A DNA stretch of 64,000 nucleotides from Escherichia coli (GTDB taxonomy: Bacteria > Pseudomonadota > Gammaproteobacteria > Enterobacterales > Enterobacteriaceae), in NCBI RefSeq assembly GCF_003334385.1, contig NZ_QOWN01000006.1; one strand, given 5' to 3'. A program made the translations under genes and the position numbers. Below are positions 48,626 through 60,017 of the stretch, in pieces (within the stretch, counting starts at the first letter, position 1; each line of letters starts with the position of its first letter). The notes below the pieces were generated by a model. That model was not told where the DNA came from, ran no database searches, and was given only the letters and a program-made list of their open reading frames with translations.

Positions 48626-51600
48626 ATGGATAACTTGCGCTTCTCTTCTGCGCCGACAGCAGATTCCATTGATGCATCGATCGCTCAACACTACCCGGAC
48701 TGCGAACCTGTCGCGGTTATCGGCTACGCCTGCCATTTTCCTGAATCGCCGGATGGCGAAACGTTCTGGCAAAATCTGCTGGAAGGTCGTGAATGCAGCC
48801 GACGCTTTACGCGCGAAGAGCTTCTGGCCGTCGGTCTGGATGCCGCCATCATTGACGATCCTCATTATGTCAATATCGGTACGGTGTTAGACAACGCCGA
48901 CTGCTTCGACGCCACCCTGTTTGGCTATTCGCGACAGGAAGCGGAGTCGATGGACCCGCAGCAGCGCCTGTTTTTGCAGGCGGTCTGGCATGCGCTGGAA
49001 CATGCCGGTTATGCCCCCGGCGCCGTCCCCCATAAGACCGGCGTTTTCGCCTCTTCCCGGATGAGTACCTACCCCGGTCGCGAAGCATTGAACGTGACAG
49101 AAGTCGCGCAGGTAAAAGGTCTGCAATCTCTGATGGGCAATGATAAAGACTATATTGCCACCCGCGCCGCGTACAAACTCAACCTGCACGGCCCGGCGTT
49201 ATCGGTACAGACCGCCTGCTCCAGCTCGCTGGTTGCCGTGCATCTGGCCTGTGAAAGCCTGCGCGCTGGCGAATCCGATATGGCGGTTGCCGGCGGCGTG
49301 GCGCTCTCTTTCCCCCAGCAGGCAGGCTACCGCTACCAGCCCGGAATGATTTTCTCTCCTGATGGTCACTGTCGTCCCTTTGACGCCTCGGCTGAGGGCA
49401 CCTGGGCCGGTAACGGTCTCGGCTGCGTGGTGCTGCGTCGCCTGAGAGACGCGCTGCTGTCAGGCGATCCGATTATCTCGGTGATCCTCTCCAGCGCGGT
49501 CAACAACGACGGCAACAGAAAGGTCGGCTATACCGCCCCTTCCGTCGCAGGGCAACAAGCAGTCATCGAAGAGGCGTTAATGCTGGCGGCCATCGACGAC
49601 AGGCAGGTAGGTTACATTGAAACCCACGGCACCGGCACACCGCTGGGCGACGCGATTGAAATTGAAGCGTTACGCAACGTCTATGCGCCTCGCCCGCAGG
49701 ATCAGCGCTGTGCGCTCGGTTCCGTGAAAAGTAACATGGGCCATCTGGATACCGCGGCGGGCATTGCCGGACTGCTGAAAACCGTTCTGGCAGTCAGTCG
49801 CGGGCAAATTCCTCCCTTACTGAATTTTCACACCCCCAACCCGGCGCTGAAACTTGAAGAGAGCCCCTTTACCATACCGGTGTCGGCACAGGCATGGCAG
49901 GACGAAATGCGCTATGCGGGCGTCTCCTCCTTTGGTATTGGCGGCACCAACTGCCATATGATCGTCGCCTCGCTGCCCGACGCGCTCAACGCGCGCCTCC
50001 CCAATACGGATAGCGGCAGAAAAAGTACCGCGCTGCTGCTCAGCGCCGCCAGCGACAGCGCGTTGCGGCGGCTGGCGACGGATTATGCCGGGGCGCTGAG
50101 AGAGAATGCGGATGCCAGCTCTCTGGCCTTCACAGCCCTGCACGCGCGCCGTCTCGATCTCCCCTTCCGCCTGGCGGCGCCATTAAACCGTGAAACCGCC
50201 GAGGCGCTCAGCGCCTGGGCTAGTGAGAAATCGGGGGCGCTGGTTTACAGCGGCCACGGCGCCAGCGGCAAGCAGGTGTGGCTGTTTACCGGCCAGGGCT
50301 CGCACTGGCGCACTATGGGTCAAACGATGTACCAGCACTCAACGGCGTTTGCCGACACGCTGGATCGCTGTTTTTCCGCCTGTAGCGAAATGCTCACGCC
50401 GTCACTGCGCGAAGCGATGTTTAACCCCGATTCGGCGCAGCTGGACAATATGGCCTGGGCGCAGCCGGCGATTGTCGCGTTTGAAATCGCGATGGCGGCG
50501 CACTGGCGTGCTGAAGGACTGAAGCCAGACTTCGCCATTGGGCATTCCGTCGGTGAATTTGCCGCTGCCGTTGTCTGCGGACACTATACGATTGAACAGG
50601 TCATGCCACTGGTTTGTCGGCGCGGCGCGCTAATGCAGCAGTGCGCAAGCGGCGCGATGGTGGCGGTATTTGCAGACGAAGACACGCTGATGCCGCTGGC
50701 TCGCCAGTTTGAGCTGGATCTCGCCGCCAACAACGGTACGCAACATACGGTATTTTCCGGGCCGGAAGCCCGTCTCGCGGTATTTTGCGCCACGCTCTCG
50801 CAGCATGACATTAACTATCGTCGCCTGAGCGTAACCGGTGCGGCGCACTCCGCTTTACTGGAGCCGATACTCGATCGGTTCCAGGACGCCTGCGCGGGAC
50901 TGCACGCGGAGCCGGGGCAAATACCGATTATTTCCACGCTCACCGCCGACGTCATTGATGAGTCAACGCTCAACCAGGCGGATTACTGGCGCCGACACAT
51001 GCGCCAGCCGGTGCGTTTTATCCAGAGTATTCAGGTGGCGCATCAGCTCGGCGCCCGCGTTTTTCTGGAGATGGGGCCCGATGCCCAGTTGGTTGCTTGC
51101 GGGCAGCGCGAATACCGCGATAACGCATACTGGATAGCCAGCGCCCGGCGTAACAAAGAGGCGAGCGATGTCCTCAATCAGGCCCTGCTCCAGCTTTACG
51201 CTGCCGGCGTCGCCCTACCGTGGGCCGACCTGCTGGCGGGCGATGGACAACGTATCGCTGCGCCATGTTATCCGTTTGATACTGAACGTTACTGGAAAGA
51301 GCGCGTCTCCCCGGCCTGCGAGCCTGCCGACGCAGCGCTGTCTGCCGGGCTGGAGGTGGCGAGTCGCGCCGCGACAGCGCTCGATCTCCCTCGCCTGGAA
51401 GCGCTTAAACAGTGCGCCACGCGACTGCACGCCATCTACGTCGATCAACTGGTACAACGCTGTACCGGCGATGCCATTGAGAACGGCGTGGACGCCATGA
51501 CCATCATGCGCCGTGGACGTCTGCTGCCCCGCTACCAGCAGCTACTCCAGCGCCTGCTGAATAACTGCGTGGTCGACGGCGATTACCGCTGCACCGACGG

Positions 51601-54600
51601 GCGATACGTCCGCGCCCGCCCCATTGAACATCAACAGCGGGAATCACTGCTGACGGAACTTGCCGGTTATTGTGAAGGTTTTCAGGCTATTCCCGACACC
51701 ATCGCCCGTGCCGGCGATCGGTTATATGAAATGATGAGCGGCGCGGAAGAACCGGTGGCGATTATCTTCCCGCAAAGCGCCTCCGACGGCGTGGAAGTGC
51801 TGTATCAGGAATTCAGCTTTGGCCGCTATTTCAACCAAATCGCCGCCGGGGTATTACGCGGCATTGTCCAGACGCGTCAGCCCCGCCAGCCGTTGCGTAT
51901 TCTTGAAGTTGGCGGCGGAACCGGCGGCACCACCGCGTGGCTGCTGCCGGAACTCAACGGCGTTCCGGCACTGGAGTACCATTTCACCGATATCTCGGCG
52001 CTGTTCACCCGTCGCGCCCAGCAGAAATTCGCCGACTACGATTTTGTGAAGTATAGCGAGCTGGATCTCGAAAAAGAGGCGCAGTCTCAGGGTTTCCAGG
52101 CACAGTCTTACGATCTTATCGTGGCAGCGAACGTGATTCACGCCACCCGCCATATTGGCCGCACGCTCGATAATCTGCGCCCCCTGCTCAAGCCGGGCGG
52201 GCGCCTGCTGATGCGCGAAATCACCCAGCCAATGCGTCTGTTTGACTTCGTTTTCGGCCCGCTGGTTCTTCCGCTACAGGATCTCGACGCCCGCGAAGGT
52301 GAGTTATTCCTCACCACCGCTCAGTGGCAACAACAGTGCCGCCACGCCGGATTCAGCAAAGTGGCGTGGCTACCGCAGGATGGCAGCCCGAACGCCGGGA
52401 TGAGCGAACATATCATTCTCGCCACGCTGCCCGGTCAGGCGGTTAGCGCCGTAACATTCACCGCGCCATCAGAACCCGTGTTGGGGCAGGCGCTGACGGA
52501 TAACGGTGATTATCTCGCCGACTGGTCTGATTGCGCAGGTCAGCCCGAACAGTTTAACGCCCGCTGGCAGGAGGCATGGCGTCTGCTTTCACAGCGTCAT
52601 GGCGACGCTCTGCCTGTGGAACCGCCCCCCGTCGCCGCCCCGGAGTGGCTGGGGAAGGTTCGCTTAAGCTGGCAAAACGAAGCCTTTTCCCGCGGTCAGA
52701 TGCGCGTTGAAGCCCGTCATCCTGCTGGCGAGTGGCTGCCGCTATCGCCCGCCGCGCCTCTTCCTGCGCCGCAAACGCATTATCAATGGCGCTGGACGCC
52801 CCTCAACGTCGCCAGCATTGACCATCCGCTTACCTTTAGCTTCAGCGCCGGTACGCTTGCGCGCAGCGACGAGCTGGCGCAATACGGCATCATTCACGAT
52901 CCGCACGCCTCTTCACGACTGATGATTGTTGAGGAGAGCGAGGATACGCTGGCCTTAGCGGAGAAAGTGATAGCAGCGCTCACCGCCAGCGCAGCCGGGT
53001 TGATTGTGGTTACTCGCCGCGCGTGGCGAGTCGAGGAAAATGAAGCACTCTCTGCATCCCATCACGCGCTATGGGCCTTGCTTCGCGTCGCGGCCAACGA
53101 ACAGCCGGAACGGTTGCTTGCCGCCATCGATCTCGCCGAAAACACCCCGTGGGAAACGCTGCATCAAGGGTTGAGCGCAGTCTCACTATCACAGCGCTGG
53201 CTCGCCGCACGGGGTGACACCCTTTGGCTTCCTTCACTGTCGCCCAATACGGGATGCGCCGCTGAATTACCGGCAAACGTGTTTACCGGCGATAGCCGCT
53301 GGCATCTGGTGACCGGAGCGTTTGGCGGATTAGGCCGCCTTGCCGTGAACTGGCTCAGAGAAAAAGGGGCGCGACGCATCGCCCTGCTGGCGCCGCGCGT
53401 GGATGAGTCATGGCTACGCGACGTGGAGGGCGGGCAGACGCGCGTCTGCCGTTGTGATGTGGGCGATGCCGGGCAACTGGCCACGGTTCTTGACGATCTG
53501 GCGGCCAACGGCGGCATTGCCGGAGCGATTCATGCCGCTGGCGTATTGGCTGACGCGCCCTTGCAGGAGCTTGATGACCACCAGCTGGCTGCCGTTTTCG
53601 CGGTAAAAGCGCAGGCGGCAAGCCAGCTGTTGCAAACCCTGCGCAACCACGACGGACGCTATCTTATTCTCTACTCTTCCGCTGCCGCCACCCTCGGCGC
53701 GCCGGGTCAGAGCGCCCATGCGCTGGCCTGCGGCTACCTGGACGGGCTGGCCCAGCAGTTTTCCACCCTTGATGCGCCGAAAACGCTCTCTGTCGCCTGG
53801 GGCGCATGGGGAGAAAGCGGTCGGGCGGCCACGCCGGAAATGCTGGCGACGCTCGCCAGCCGAGGTATGGGCGCGTTAAGCGATGCCGAAGGCTGCTGGC
53901 ACCTGGAACAGGCGGTGATGCGCGGCGCCCCGTGGCGACTGGCGATGCGCGTTTTTACCGACAAAATGCCCCCGTTACAACAGGCTCTGTTTAACATCAG
54001 CGCCACAGAAAAAGCCGCAACGCCGGTCATTCCTCCTGCTGATGACAACGCCTTTAACGGCAGCCTGAGCGATGAAACAGCGGTGATGGCATGGCTGAAA
54101 AAGCGGATTGCGGTTCAGCTAAGGCTGAGCGATCCGGCGTCACTGCATCCAAACCAGGATCTGTTGCAACTCGGCATGGACTCGCTGCTCTTCCTTGAAC
54201 TCAGTAGCGATATTCAGCACTACCTGGGTGTACGCATCAATGCGGAACGGGCGTGGCAGGATCTGTCTCCTCATGGACTCACGCAGCTTATCTGTTCTAA
54301 GCCAGAGGCGACGCCTGCCGCTTCGCAGCCGGAAGTGTTGCGGCACGACGCCGACGAGCGTTATGCGCCCTTCCCTTTGACGCCCATTCAGCACGCCTAC
54401 TGGCTGGGGCGAACCCACCTCATTGGCTATGGCGGCGTCGCCTGTCACGTCCTGTTTGAGTGGGATAAACGCCACGATGAGTTCGATCTCGCCATACTGG
54501 AGAAAGCATGGAACCAGCTCATCGCACGCCACGATATGTTGCGTATGGTGGTTGATGCCGACGGGCAGCAGCGAATCCTGGCGACAACGCCGGAGTATCA

Positions 54601-57600
54601 CATCCCGCGTGACGATCTGCGCGCGCTTTCCCCGGAAGAACAGCGCATCGCGCTGGAAAAACGGCGGCATGAACTGAGCTATCGCGTTTTGCCTGCCGAC
54701 CAGTGGCCTCTTTTTGAGCTGGTGGTCAGCGAAATCGACGATTGCCATTACCGTCTGCATATGAACCTCGACCTTTTGCAGTTTGATGTGCAGAGTTTTA
54801 AAGTCATGATGGACGACCTGGCGCAGGTCTGGCGCGGTGAAACGCTGGCACCGCTCGCTATTACCTTCCGTGATTATGTGATGGCTGAACAGGCGCGCCG
54901 ACAGACATCGGCATGGCACGATGCCTGGGATTACTGGCAGGAAAAACTGCCGCAACTGCCCTTAGCGCCAGAGCTGCCGGTGGTTGAGACGCCCCCGGAA
55001 ACGCCACACTTCACCACCTTCAAATCGACGATCGGCAAGACAGAATGGCAGGCCGTGAAACAGCGCTGGCAGCAGCAAGGCGTCACACCGTCTGCCGCGC
55101 TGCTCACGCTGTTTGCCGCCACCCTTGAGCGCTGGAGCCGTACCACAACATTTACGCTGAACCTGACGTTCTTCAATCGCCAGCCGATCCATCCGCAAAT
55201 CAACCAGTTGATTGGTGATTTTACCTCCGTCACGCTGGTTGATTTTAACTTCTCAGCGCCGGTGACGTTGCAAGAGCAGATGCAACAGACCCAACAGCGC
55301 CTCTGGCAAAACATGGCGCACAGTGAAATGAACGGTGTTGAGGTGATCCGTGAGCTGGGCCGCCTGCGCGGATCACAACGTCAACCGCTGATGCCGGTAG
55401 TGTTTACCAGTATGCTGGGGATGACGCTGGAAGGCATGACTATCGATCAGGCGATGAGCCATCTGTTCGGCGAACCCTGCTATGTATTCACGCAAACGCC
55501 GCAGGTCTGGCTGGATCATCAGGTCATGGAGAGCGACGGCGAGTTGATGTTTAGCTGGTACTGCATGGACAACGTGCTGGAACCCGGCGCTGCCGAGGCG
55601 ATGTTTAATGACTATTGCGCCATCCTGCAAGCCGTCATCGCCGCCCCTGAAAGCCTGAAGACTCTCGCCAGCGGCATCGCCAGGCACATTCCCCGCCGAC
55701 GCTGGCCGCTGAACGCGCAGGCGGACTACGACCTGCGGGATATTGAGCAGGCGACGCTCGAATACCCCGGCATCCGGCAGGCCAGAGCGGAAATAACCGA
55801 ACAGGGCGCGTTGACGCTGGATATCGTGATGGCCGACGATCCTTCGCCATCAGCGGCGATGCCTGATGAGCACGAACTTACCCAACTGGCGCTGCCGTTG
55901 CCTGAGCAGGCGCAGCTTGATGAGCTGGAGGCGACCTGGCGCTGGCTGGAGGCGCGTGCGCTACAGGGGATCGCGGCTACGCTAAATCGTCACGGCCTGT
56001 TTACCACGCCGGAGATCGCCCATCGCTTTAGCGCAATAGTACAGGCGCTGTCCTCGCAAGCATCTCACCAGCGTCTGCTGCGCCAGTGGCTACAGTGTCT
56101 GACGGAAAGAGAGTGGTTAATCCGCGAAGGTGAAAGCTGGCGCTGCCGCATTCCGCTCAGCGAGATTCCTGAGCCTCAGGAAGCGTGCCCGCAAAGCCAA
56201 TGGAGCCAGGCGCTGGCGCAGTATCTGGAAACCTGCATCGCCCGGCACGACGCCCTCTTCTCCGGGCAGTGTTCTCCGCTGGAATTGCTGTTCAACGAGC
56301 AGCATCGCGTTACCGACGCGCTGTATCGCGACAACCCCGCCAGCGCCTGTCTGAATCGCTATACCGCGCAGATTGCCGCCTTGTGCAGCGCAGAACGGAT
56401 TCTGGAGGTTGGCGCCGGAACCGCAGCCACTACCGCGCCGGTGCTGAAGGCCACGCGGAACACGCGACAGTCGTACCACTTCACGGACGTCTCCGCGCAG
56501 TTCCTCAATGACGCCAGAGCCCGTTTCCATGATGAATCGCAGGTGTCTTATGCCTTGTTCGACATCAACCAGCCGCTGGATTTCACCGCCCACCCGGAGG
56601 CGGGTTACGACCTGATCGTTGCCGTCAATGTGCTCCACGACGCCAGCCATGTCGTCCAGACGTTGCGCAGATTAAAACTGTTGCTGAAAGCCGGCGGACG
56701 TTTGCTGATCGTTGAAGCGACGGAGCGAAACAGCGTATTCCAGCTGGCGAGCGTGGGCTTTATTGAGGGATTAAGCGGATACCGCGATTTCCGCCGCCGG
56801 GATGAGAAACCGATGCTCACCCGCTCCGCATGGCAGGAGGTTCTCGTTCAGGCCGGGTTTGCAAACGAGCTGGCGTGGCCCGCGCAGGAATCGTCGCCGC
56901 TGCGCCAGCATCTGCTGGTAGCGCGTTCGCCTGGCGTAAATCGCCCGGATAAAAAAGCCGTGAGCCGCTATTTACAGCAGCGCTTTGGCACCGGTCTGCC
57001 CATTTTACAGATCCGGCAAAGAGAAGCGTTATTTACGCCGCTGCATGCCCCGTCTGATGCGCCGACTGAGCCAGCCAAACCCACGCCAGTTGCCGGGGGG
57101 AATCCGGCACTGGAAAAACAGGTGGCTGAACTCTGGCAATCGCTGCTGTCTCGCCCCGTGGCAAGGCATCACGACTTTTTCGAACTGGGCGGCGACAGCC
57201 TGATGGCGACAAGGATGGTCGCGCAGCTAAACCGGAGAGGGATTGCCAGGGCTAACCTTCAGGATCTGTTCAGCCATTCGACGCTGAGCGACTTCTGCGC
57301 CCATCTACAGGCGGCTACGTCAGGAGAGGACAACCCGATACCCCTTTGCCAGGGCGACGGTGAGGAAACCCTGTTTGTCTTCCACGCTTCAGACGGCGAT
57401 ATCAGCGCCTGGCTGCCGCTCGCTAGCGCGTTGAACAGGCGCGTTTTCGGCCTGCAAGCAAAATCGCCGCAGCGCCTTGCCACGCTCGACCAGATGATCG
57501 ATGAGTATGTCGGGTGCATCCGTCGTCAGCAGCCTCACGGCCCTTATGTGCTGGCGGGTTGGTCGTATGGCGCGTTTCTTGCGGCGGGCGCCGCACAACG

Positions 57601-58117
57601 CCTGTACGCCAAAGGCGAGCAGGTTCGGATGGTGTTAATCGATCCCGTGTGCCGACAGGATTTCTGTTGCGAAAACCGGGCGGCCCTGCTGCGCCTGTTA
57701 GCCGAAGGACAAACGCCTCTGGCACTGCCCGAACATTTCGACCAGCAGACGCCCGACAGCCAGCTTGCCGACTTTATCAGCCTCGCTAAAACGGCCGGTA
57801 TGGTGTCGCAAAACCTGACGCTGCAAGCGGCAGAAACGTGGCTCGACAACATCGCGCATCTGCTGCGTTTACTGACTGAGCATACGCCGGGCGAAAGCGT
57901 TCCGGTCCCCTGTCTCATGGTGTATGCCGCCGGGAGACCCGCGCACTGGACGCCAGCAGAAACCGAGTGGCAGGGCTGGATAAACAACGCCGACGACGCT
58001 GTGATTGAAGCCAGCCACTGGCAAATCATGATGGAAGCCCCCCACGTTCAGGCTTGTGCGCAACACATTACGCGCTGGCTTTGCGCAACCTCAACGCAAC
58101 CGGAGAACACGTTATGA
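48626..58117 (+). CDS. irp1: Yersiniabactin PKS/NRPS hybrid HMWP1
   Basis: 3163 aa; KS active site TACSSS (about 49211-49228), AT GHSVGE (about 50540-50557), ACP GMDSL, Cy domain, PCP GGDSL, C-terminal thioesterase GWSYGA (about 57558-57575). Confidence 0.95.
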   Translation: MDNLRFSSAPTADSIDASIAQHYPDCEPVAVIGYACHFPESPDGETFWQNLLEGRECSRRFTREELLAVGLDAAIIDDPHYVNIGTVLDNADCFDATLFGYSRQEAESMDPQQRLFLQAVWHALEHAGYAPGAVPHKTGVFASSRMSTYPGREALNVTEVAQVKGLQSLMGNDKDYIATRAAYKLNLHGPALSVQTACSSSLVAVHLACESLRAGESDMAVAGGVALSFPQQAGYRYQPGMIFSPDGHCRPFDASAEGTWAGNGLGCVVLRRLRDALLSGDPIISVILSSAVNNDGNRKVGYTAPSVAGQQAVIEEALMLAAIDDRQVGYIETHGTGTPLGDAIEIEALRNVYAPRPQDQRCALGSVKSNMGHLDTAAGIAGLLKTVLAVSRGQIPPLLNFHTPNPALKLEESPFTIPVSAQAWQDEMRYAGVSSFGIGGTNCHMIVASLPDALNARLPNTDSGRKSTALLLSAASDSALRRLATDYAGALRENADASSLAFTALHARRLDLPFRLAAPLNRETAEALSAWASEKSGALVYSGHGASGKQVWLFTGQGSHWRTMGQTMYQHSTAFADTLDRCFSACSEMLTPSLREAMFNPDSAQLDNMAWAQPAIVAFEIAMAAHWRAEGLKPDFAIGHSVGEFAAAVVCGHYTIEQVMPLVCRRGALMQQCASGAMVAVFADEDTLMPLARQFELDLAANNGTQHTVFSGPEARLAVFCATLSQHDINYRRLSVTGAAHSALLEPILDRFQDACAGLHAEPGQIPIISTLTADVIDESTLNQADYWRRHMRQPVRFIQSIQVAHQLGARVFLEMGPDAQLVACGQREYRDNAYWIASARRNKEASDVLNQALLQLYAAGVALPWADLLAGDGQRIAAPCYPFDTERYWKERVSPACEPADAALSAGLEVASRAATALDLPRLEALKQCATRLHAIYVDQLVQRCTGDAIENGVDAMTIMRRGRLLPRYQQLLQRLLNNCVVDGDYRCTDGRYVRARPIEHQQRESLLTELAGYCEGFQAIPDTIARAGDRLYEMMSGAEEPVAIIFPQSASDGVEVLYQEFSFGRYFNQIAAGVLRGIVQTRQPRQPLRILEVGGGTGGTTAWLLPELNGVPALEYHFTDISALFTRRAQQKFADYDFVKYSELDLEKEAQSQGFQAQSYDLIVAANVIHATRHIGRTLDNLRPLLKPGGRLLMREITQPMRLFDFVFGPLVLPLQDLDAREGELFLTTAQWQQQCRHAGFSKVAWLPQDGSPNAGMSEHIILATLPGQAVSAVTFTAPSEPVLGQALTDNGDYLADWSDCAGQPEQFNARWQEAWRLLSQRHGDALPVEPPPVAAPEWLGKVRLSWQNEAFSRGQMRVEARHPAGEWLPLSPAAPLPAPQTHYQWRWTPLNVASIDHPLTFSFSAGTLARSDELAQYGIIHDPHASSRLMIVEESEDTLALAEKVIAALTASAAGLIVVTRRAWRVEENEALSASHHALWALLRVAANEQPERLLAAIDLAENTPWETLHQGLSAVSLSQRWLAARGDTLWLPSLSPNTGCAAELPANVFTGDSRWHLVTGAFGGLGRLAVNWLREKGARRIALLAPRVDESWLRDVEGGQTRVCRCDVGDAGQLATVLDDLAANGGIAGAIHAAGVLADAPLQELDDHQLAAVFAVKAQAASQLLQTLRNHDGRYLILYSSAAATLGAPGQSAHALACGYLDGLAQQFSTLDAPKTLSVAWGAWGESGRAATPEMLATLASRGMGALSDAEGCWHLEQAVMRGAPWRLAMRVFTDKMPPLQQALFNISATEKAATPVIPPADDNAFNGSLSDETAVMAWLKKRIAVQLRLSDPASLHPNQDLLQLGMDSLLFLELSSDIQHYLGVRINAERAWQDLSPHGLTQLICSKPEATPAASQPEVLRHDADERYAPFPLTPIQHAYWLGRTHLIGYGGVACHVLFEWDKRHDEFDLAILEKAWNQLIARHDMLRMVVDADGQQRILATTPEYHIPRDDLRALSPEEQRIALEKRRHELSYRVLPADQWPLFELVVSEIDDCHYRLHMNLDLLQFDVQSFKVMMDDLAQVWRGETLAPLAITFRDYVMAEQARRQTSAWHDAWDYWQEKLPQLPLAPELPVVETPPETPHFTTFKSTIGKTEWQAVKQRWQQQGVTPSAALLTLFAATLERWSRTTTFTLNLTFFNRQPIHPQINQLIGDFTSVTLVDFNFSAPVTLQEQMQQTQQRLWQNMAHSEMNGVEVIRELGRLRGSQRQPLMPVVFTSMLGMTLEGMTIDQAMSHLFGEPCYVFTQTPQVWLDHQVMESDGELMFSWYCMDNVLEPGAAEAMFNDYCAILQAVIAAPESLKTLASGIARHIPRRRWPLNAQADYDLRDIEQATLEYPGIRQARAEITEQGALTLDIVMADDPSPSAAMPDEHELTQLALPLPEQAQLDELEATWRWLEARALQGIAATLNRHGLFTTPEIAHRFSAIVQALSSQASHQRLLRQWLQCLTEREWLIREGESWRCRIPLSEIPEPQEACPQSQWSQALAQYLETCIARHDALFSGQCSPLELLFNEQHRVTDALYRDNPASACLNRYTAQIAALCSAERILEVGAGTAATTAPVLKATRNTRQSYHFTDVSAQFLNDARARFHDESQVSYALFDINQPLDFTAHPEAGYDLIVAVNVLHDASHVVQTLRRLKLLLKAGGRLLIVEATERNSVFQLASVGFIEGLSGYRDFRRRDEKPMLTRSAWQEVLVQAGFANELAWPAQESSPLRQHLLVARSPGVNRPDKKAVSRYLQQRFGTGLPILQIRQREALFTPLHAPSDAPTEPAKPTPVAGGNPALEKQVAELWQSLLSRPVARHHDFFELGGDSLMATRMVAQLNRRGIARANLQDLFSHSTLSDFCAHLQAATSGEDNPIPLCQGDGEETLFVFHASDGDISAWLPLASALNRRVFGLQAKSPQRLATLDQMIDEYVGCIRRQQPHGPYVLAGWSYGAFLAAGAAQRLYAKGEQVRMVLIDPVCRQDFCCENRAALLRLLAEGQTPLALPEHFDQQTPDSQLADFISLAKTAGMVSQNLTLQAAETWLDNIAHLLRLLTEHTPGESVPVPCLMVYAAGRPAHWTPAETEWQGWINNADDAVIEASHWQIMMEAPHVQACAQHITRWLCATSTQPENTL

Positions 58118-59214
58118 TGCCGTCCGCCTCCCCAAAACAACGCGTACTGATTGTGGGCGCCAAATTTGGCGAAATGTACCTGAATGCCTTTATGCAGCCC
58201 CCGGAGGGGCTGGAACTGGTCGGCCTGCTGGCGCAGGGAAGCGCCCGTTCAAGAGAGCTGGCTCATGCGTTTGGCATTCCGCTGTATACCTCGCCGGAAC
58301 AGATAACCAGGATGCCGGATATCGCCTGTATTGTCGTGCGTTCGACCGTCGCCGGAGGAACCGGTACGCAGCTTGCCAGACACTTTCTGACGCGCGGCGT
58401 ACACGTCATTCAGGAGCATCCCCTCCACCCGGATGACATCAGTTCCTTACAAACGCTGGCGCAGGAACAGGGCTGCTGCTATTGGGTAAACACGTTTTAT
58501 CCGCATACGCGCGCGGGACGCACATGGCTTCGCGATGCGCAGCAGCTGCGTCGCTGTCTGGCTAAGACGCCGCAGGTGGTCCACGCCACCACCAGCCGAC
58601 AGTTGCTCTACTCCACTCTGGATTTGTTGTTGCTGGCTCTGGGCGTTGATGCCGTCGCCGTGGAGTGCGACGTGGTTGGCAGCTTTAGCGATTTTCACTG
58701 TCTGAGACTCTTCTGGCCGGAGGGAGAAGCCTGCCTGCTGCTTCAGCGCTATCTCGATCCTGACGATCCAGATATGCATAGCCTTATCATGCACCGCCTG
58801 CTGCTGGGCTGGCCGGAAGGTCATCTTTCGCTGGAGGCGAGCTACGGCCCCGTCATCTGGTCATCCAGCCTGTTTGTCGCAGACCATCAGGAGAACGCCC
58901 ACAGCCTCTACCGCAGACCGGAGATCCTGCGCGATCTGCCGGGTCTGACGCGCAGCGCGGCGCCCCTGAGCTGGCGCGACTGCTGCGAAACCGTCGGGCC
59001 GGAGGGCGTCAGCTGGTTGCTACACCAGTTGCGCAGCCATCTGGCGGGCGAACATCCACCAGCGGCCTGCCAAAGCGTACATCAGATCGCGTTATCACGT
59101 TTATGGCAGCAGATTTTACGTAAGACCGGCAATGCGGAGATCAGACGCCTGACGCCGCCGCACCACGACCGGTTAGCCGGTTTCTACAACGATGATGATA
59201 AGGAGGCGCTGTGA
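58114..59214 (+). CDS. ybtU: Thiazolinyl-imide reductase YbtU
   Basis: 366 aa from MMPSASPKQRVLIVGAKFG (Rossmann-like N-terminus); ATG overlaps the irp1 stop (ATGA); ORF track start 58054 is an extension. Confidence 0.9.
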   Translation: MMPSASPKQRVLIVGAKFGEMYLNAFMQPPEGLELVGLLAQGSARSRELAHAFGIPLYTSPEQITRMPDIACIVVRSTVAGGTGTQLARHFLTRGVHVIQEHPLHPDDISSLQTLAQEQGCCYWVNTFYPHTRAGRTWLRDAQQLRRCLAKTPQVVHATTSRQLLYSTLDLLLLALGVDAVAVECDVVGSFSDFHCLRLFWPEGEACLLLQRYLDPDDPDMHSLIMHRLLLGWPEGHLSLEASYGPVIWSSSLFVADHQENAHSLYRRPEILRDLPGLTRSAAPLSWRDCCETVGPEGVSWLLHQLRSHLAGEHPPAACQSVHQIALSRLWQQILRKTGNAEIRRLTPPHHDRLAGFYNDDDKEAL

Positions 59215-60014
59215 CGCAATCTGCAATGTGCATACCGCTGTGGCCCGCCCGGAACGGCAATACTGCGCATCTGGTCATGTGCCCTTTCGCTGGCGGCAGC
59301 AGTAGCGCGTTTCGCCACTGGCAAGCTGAGCAACTGGCTGATTGCGCGCTTTCTCTGGTGACCTGGCCGGGGCGCGATCGCCTTCGCCATCTGGAACCGC
59401 TCAGAAGCATTACACAACTGGCGGCACTGCTGGCGAACGAGCTGGAAGCATCCGTATCGCCTGACACGCCGCTTTTACTCGCCGGGCACAGCATGGGGGC
59501 GCAGGTGGCGTTTGAAACCTGCCGACTTCTGGAGCAACGGGGGCTTGCGCCACAAGGACTGATTATTTCCGGGTGCCATGCCCCGCATCTGCATTCTGAA
59601 CGCCAGCTCAGCCATCGCGATGATGCCGACTTTATCGCTGAGCTGATAGACATTGGCGGATGTTCTCCTGAACTGCGGGAAAACCAGGAATTAATGTCGC
59701 TGTTTCTTCCTCTTCTGCGCGCTGATTTTTACGCCACCGAGAGCTATCACTACGACTCGCCCGACGTCTGTCCGCCGCTGCGCACGCCTGCGCTGTTATT
59801 GTGCGGCAGCCACGATCGCGAAGCCTCCTGGCAGCAGGTCGATGCCTGGCGTCAGTGGCTGAGCCACGTTACAGGCCCGGTGGTGATTGACGGCGATCAT
59901 TTCTATCCCATTCAACAAGCCCGGTCCTTTTTTACGCAGATTGTCCGCCATTTTCCCCACGCATTTTCTGCAATGACCGCGTTGCAAAAACAGCCCAGTA
60001 CTTCAGAAAGGTGA
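59211..60014 (+). CDS. ybtT: Type II (editing) thioesterase YbtT
   Basis: 267 aa; GHSMG serine hydrolase motif; GTG start 6 nt after RBS aaggagg, overlapping the ybtU stop. Confidence 0.9.
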   Translation: MTQSAMCIPLWPARNGNTAHLVMCPFAGGSSSAFRHWQAEQLADCALSLVTWPGRDRLRHLEPLRSITQLAALLANELEASVSPDTPLLLAGHSMGAQVAFETCRLLEQRGLAPQGLIISGCHAPHLHSERQLSHRDDADFIAELIDIGGCSPELRENQELMSLFLPLLRADFYATESYHYDSPDVCPPLRTPALLLCGSHDREASWQQVDAWRQWLSHVTGPVVIDGDHFYPIQQARSFFTQIVRHFPHAFSAMTALQKQPSTSER

Positions 60015-60017
60015 CGC

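Noticed and set aside
54140-54955. 271-aa antisense ORF inside irp1, plus many 60-200 aa ORFs on both strands across irp1 and irp2
   Set aside because: Expected by-product of GC-rich megasynthase sequence; all embedded in the conserved sense frame and none shows a start context or a known fold
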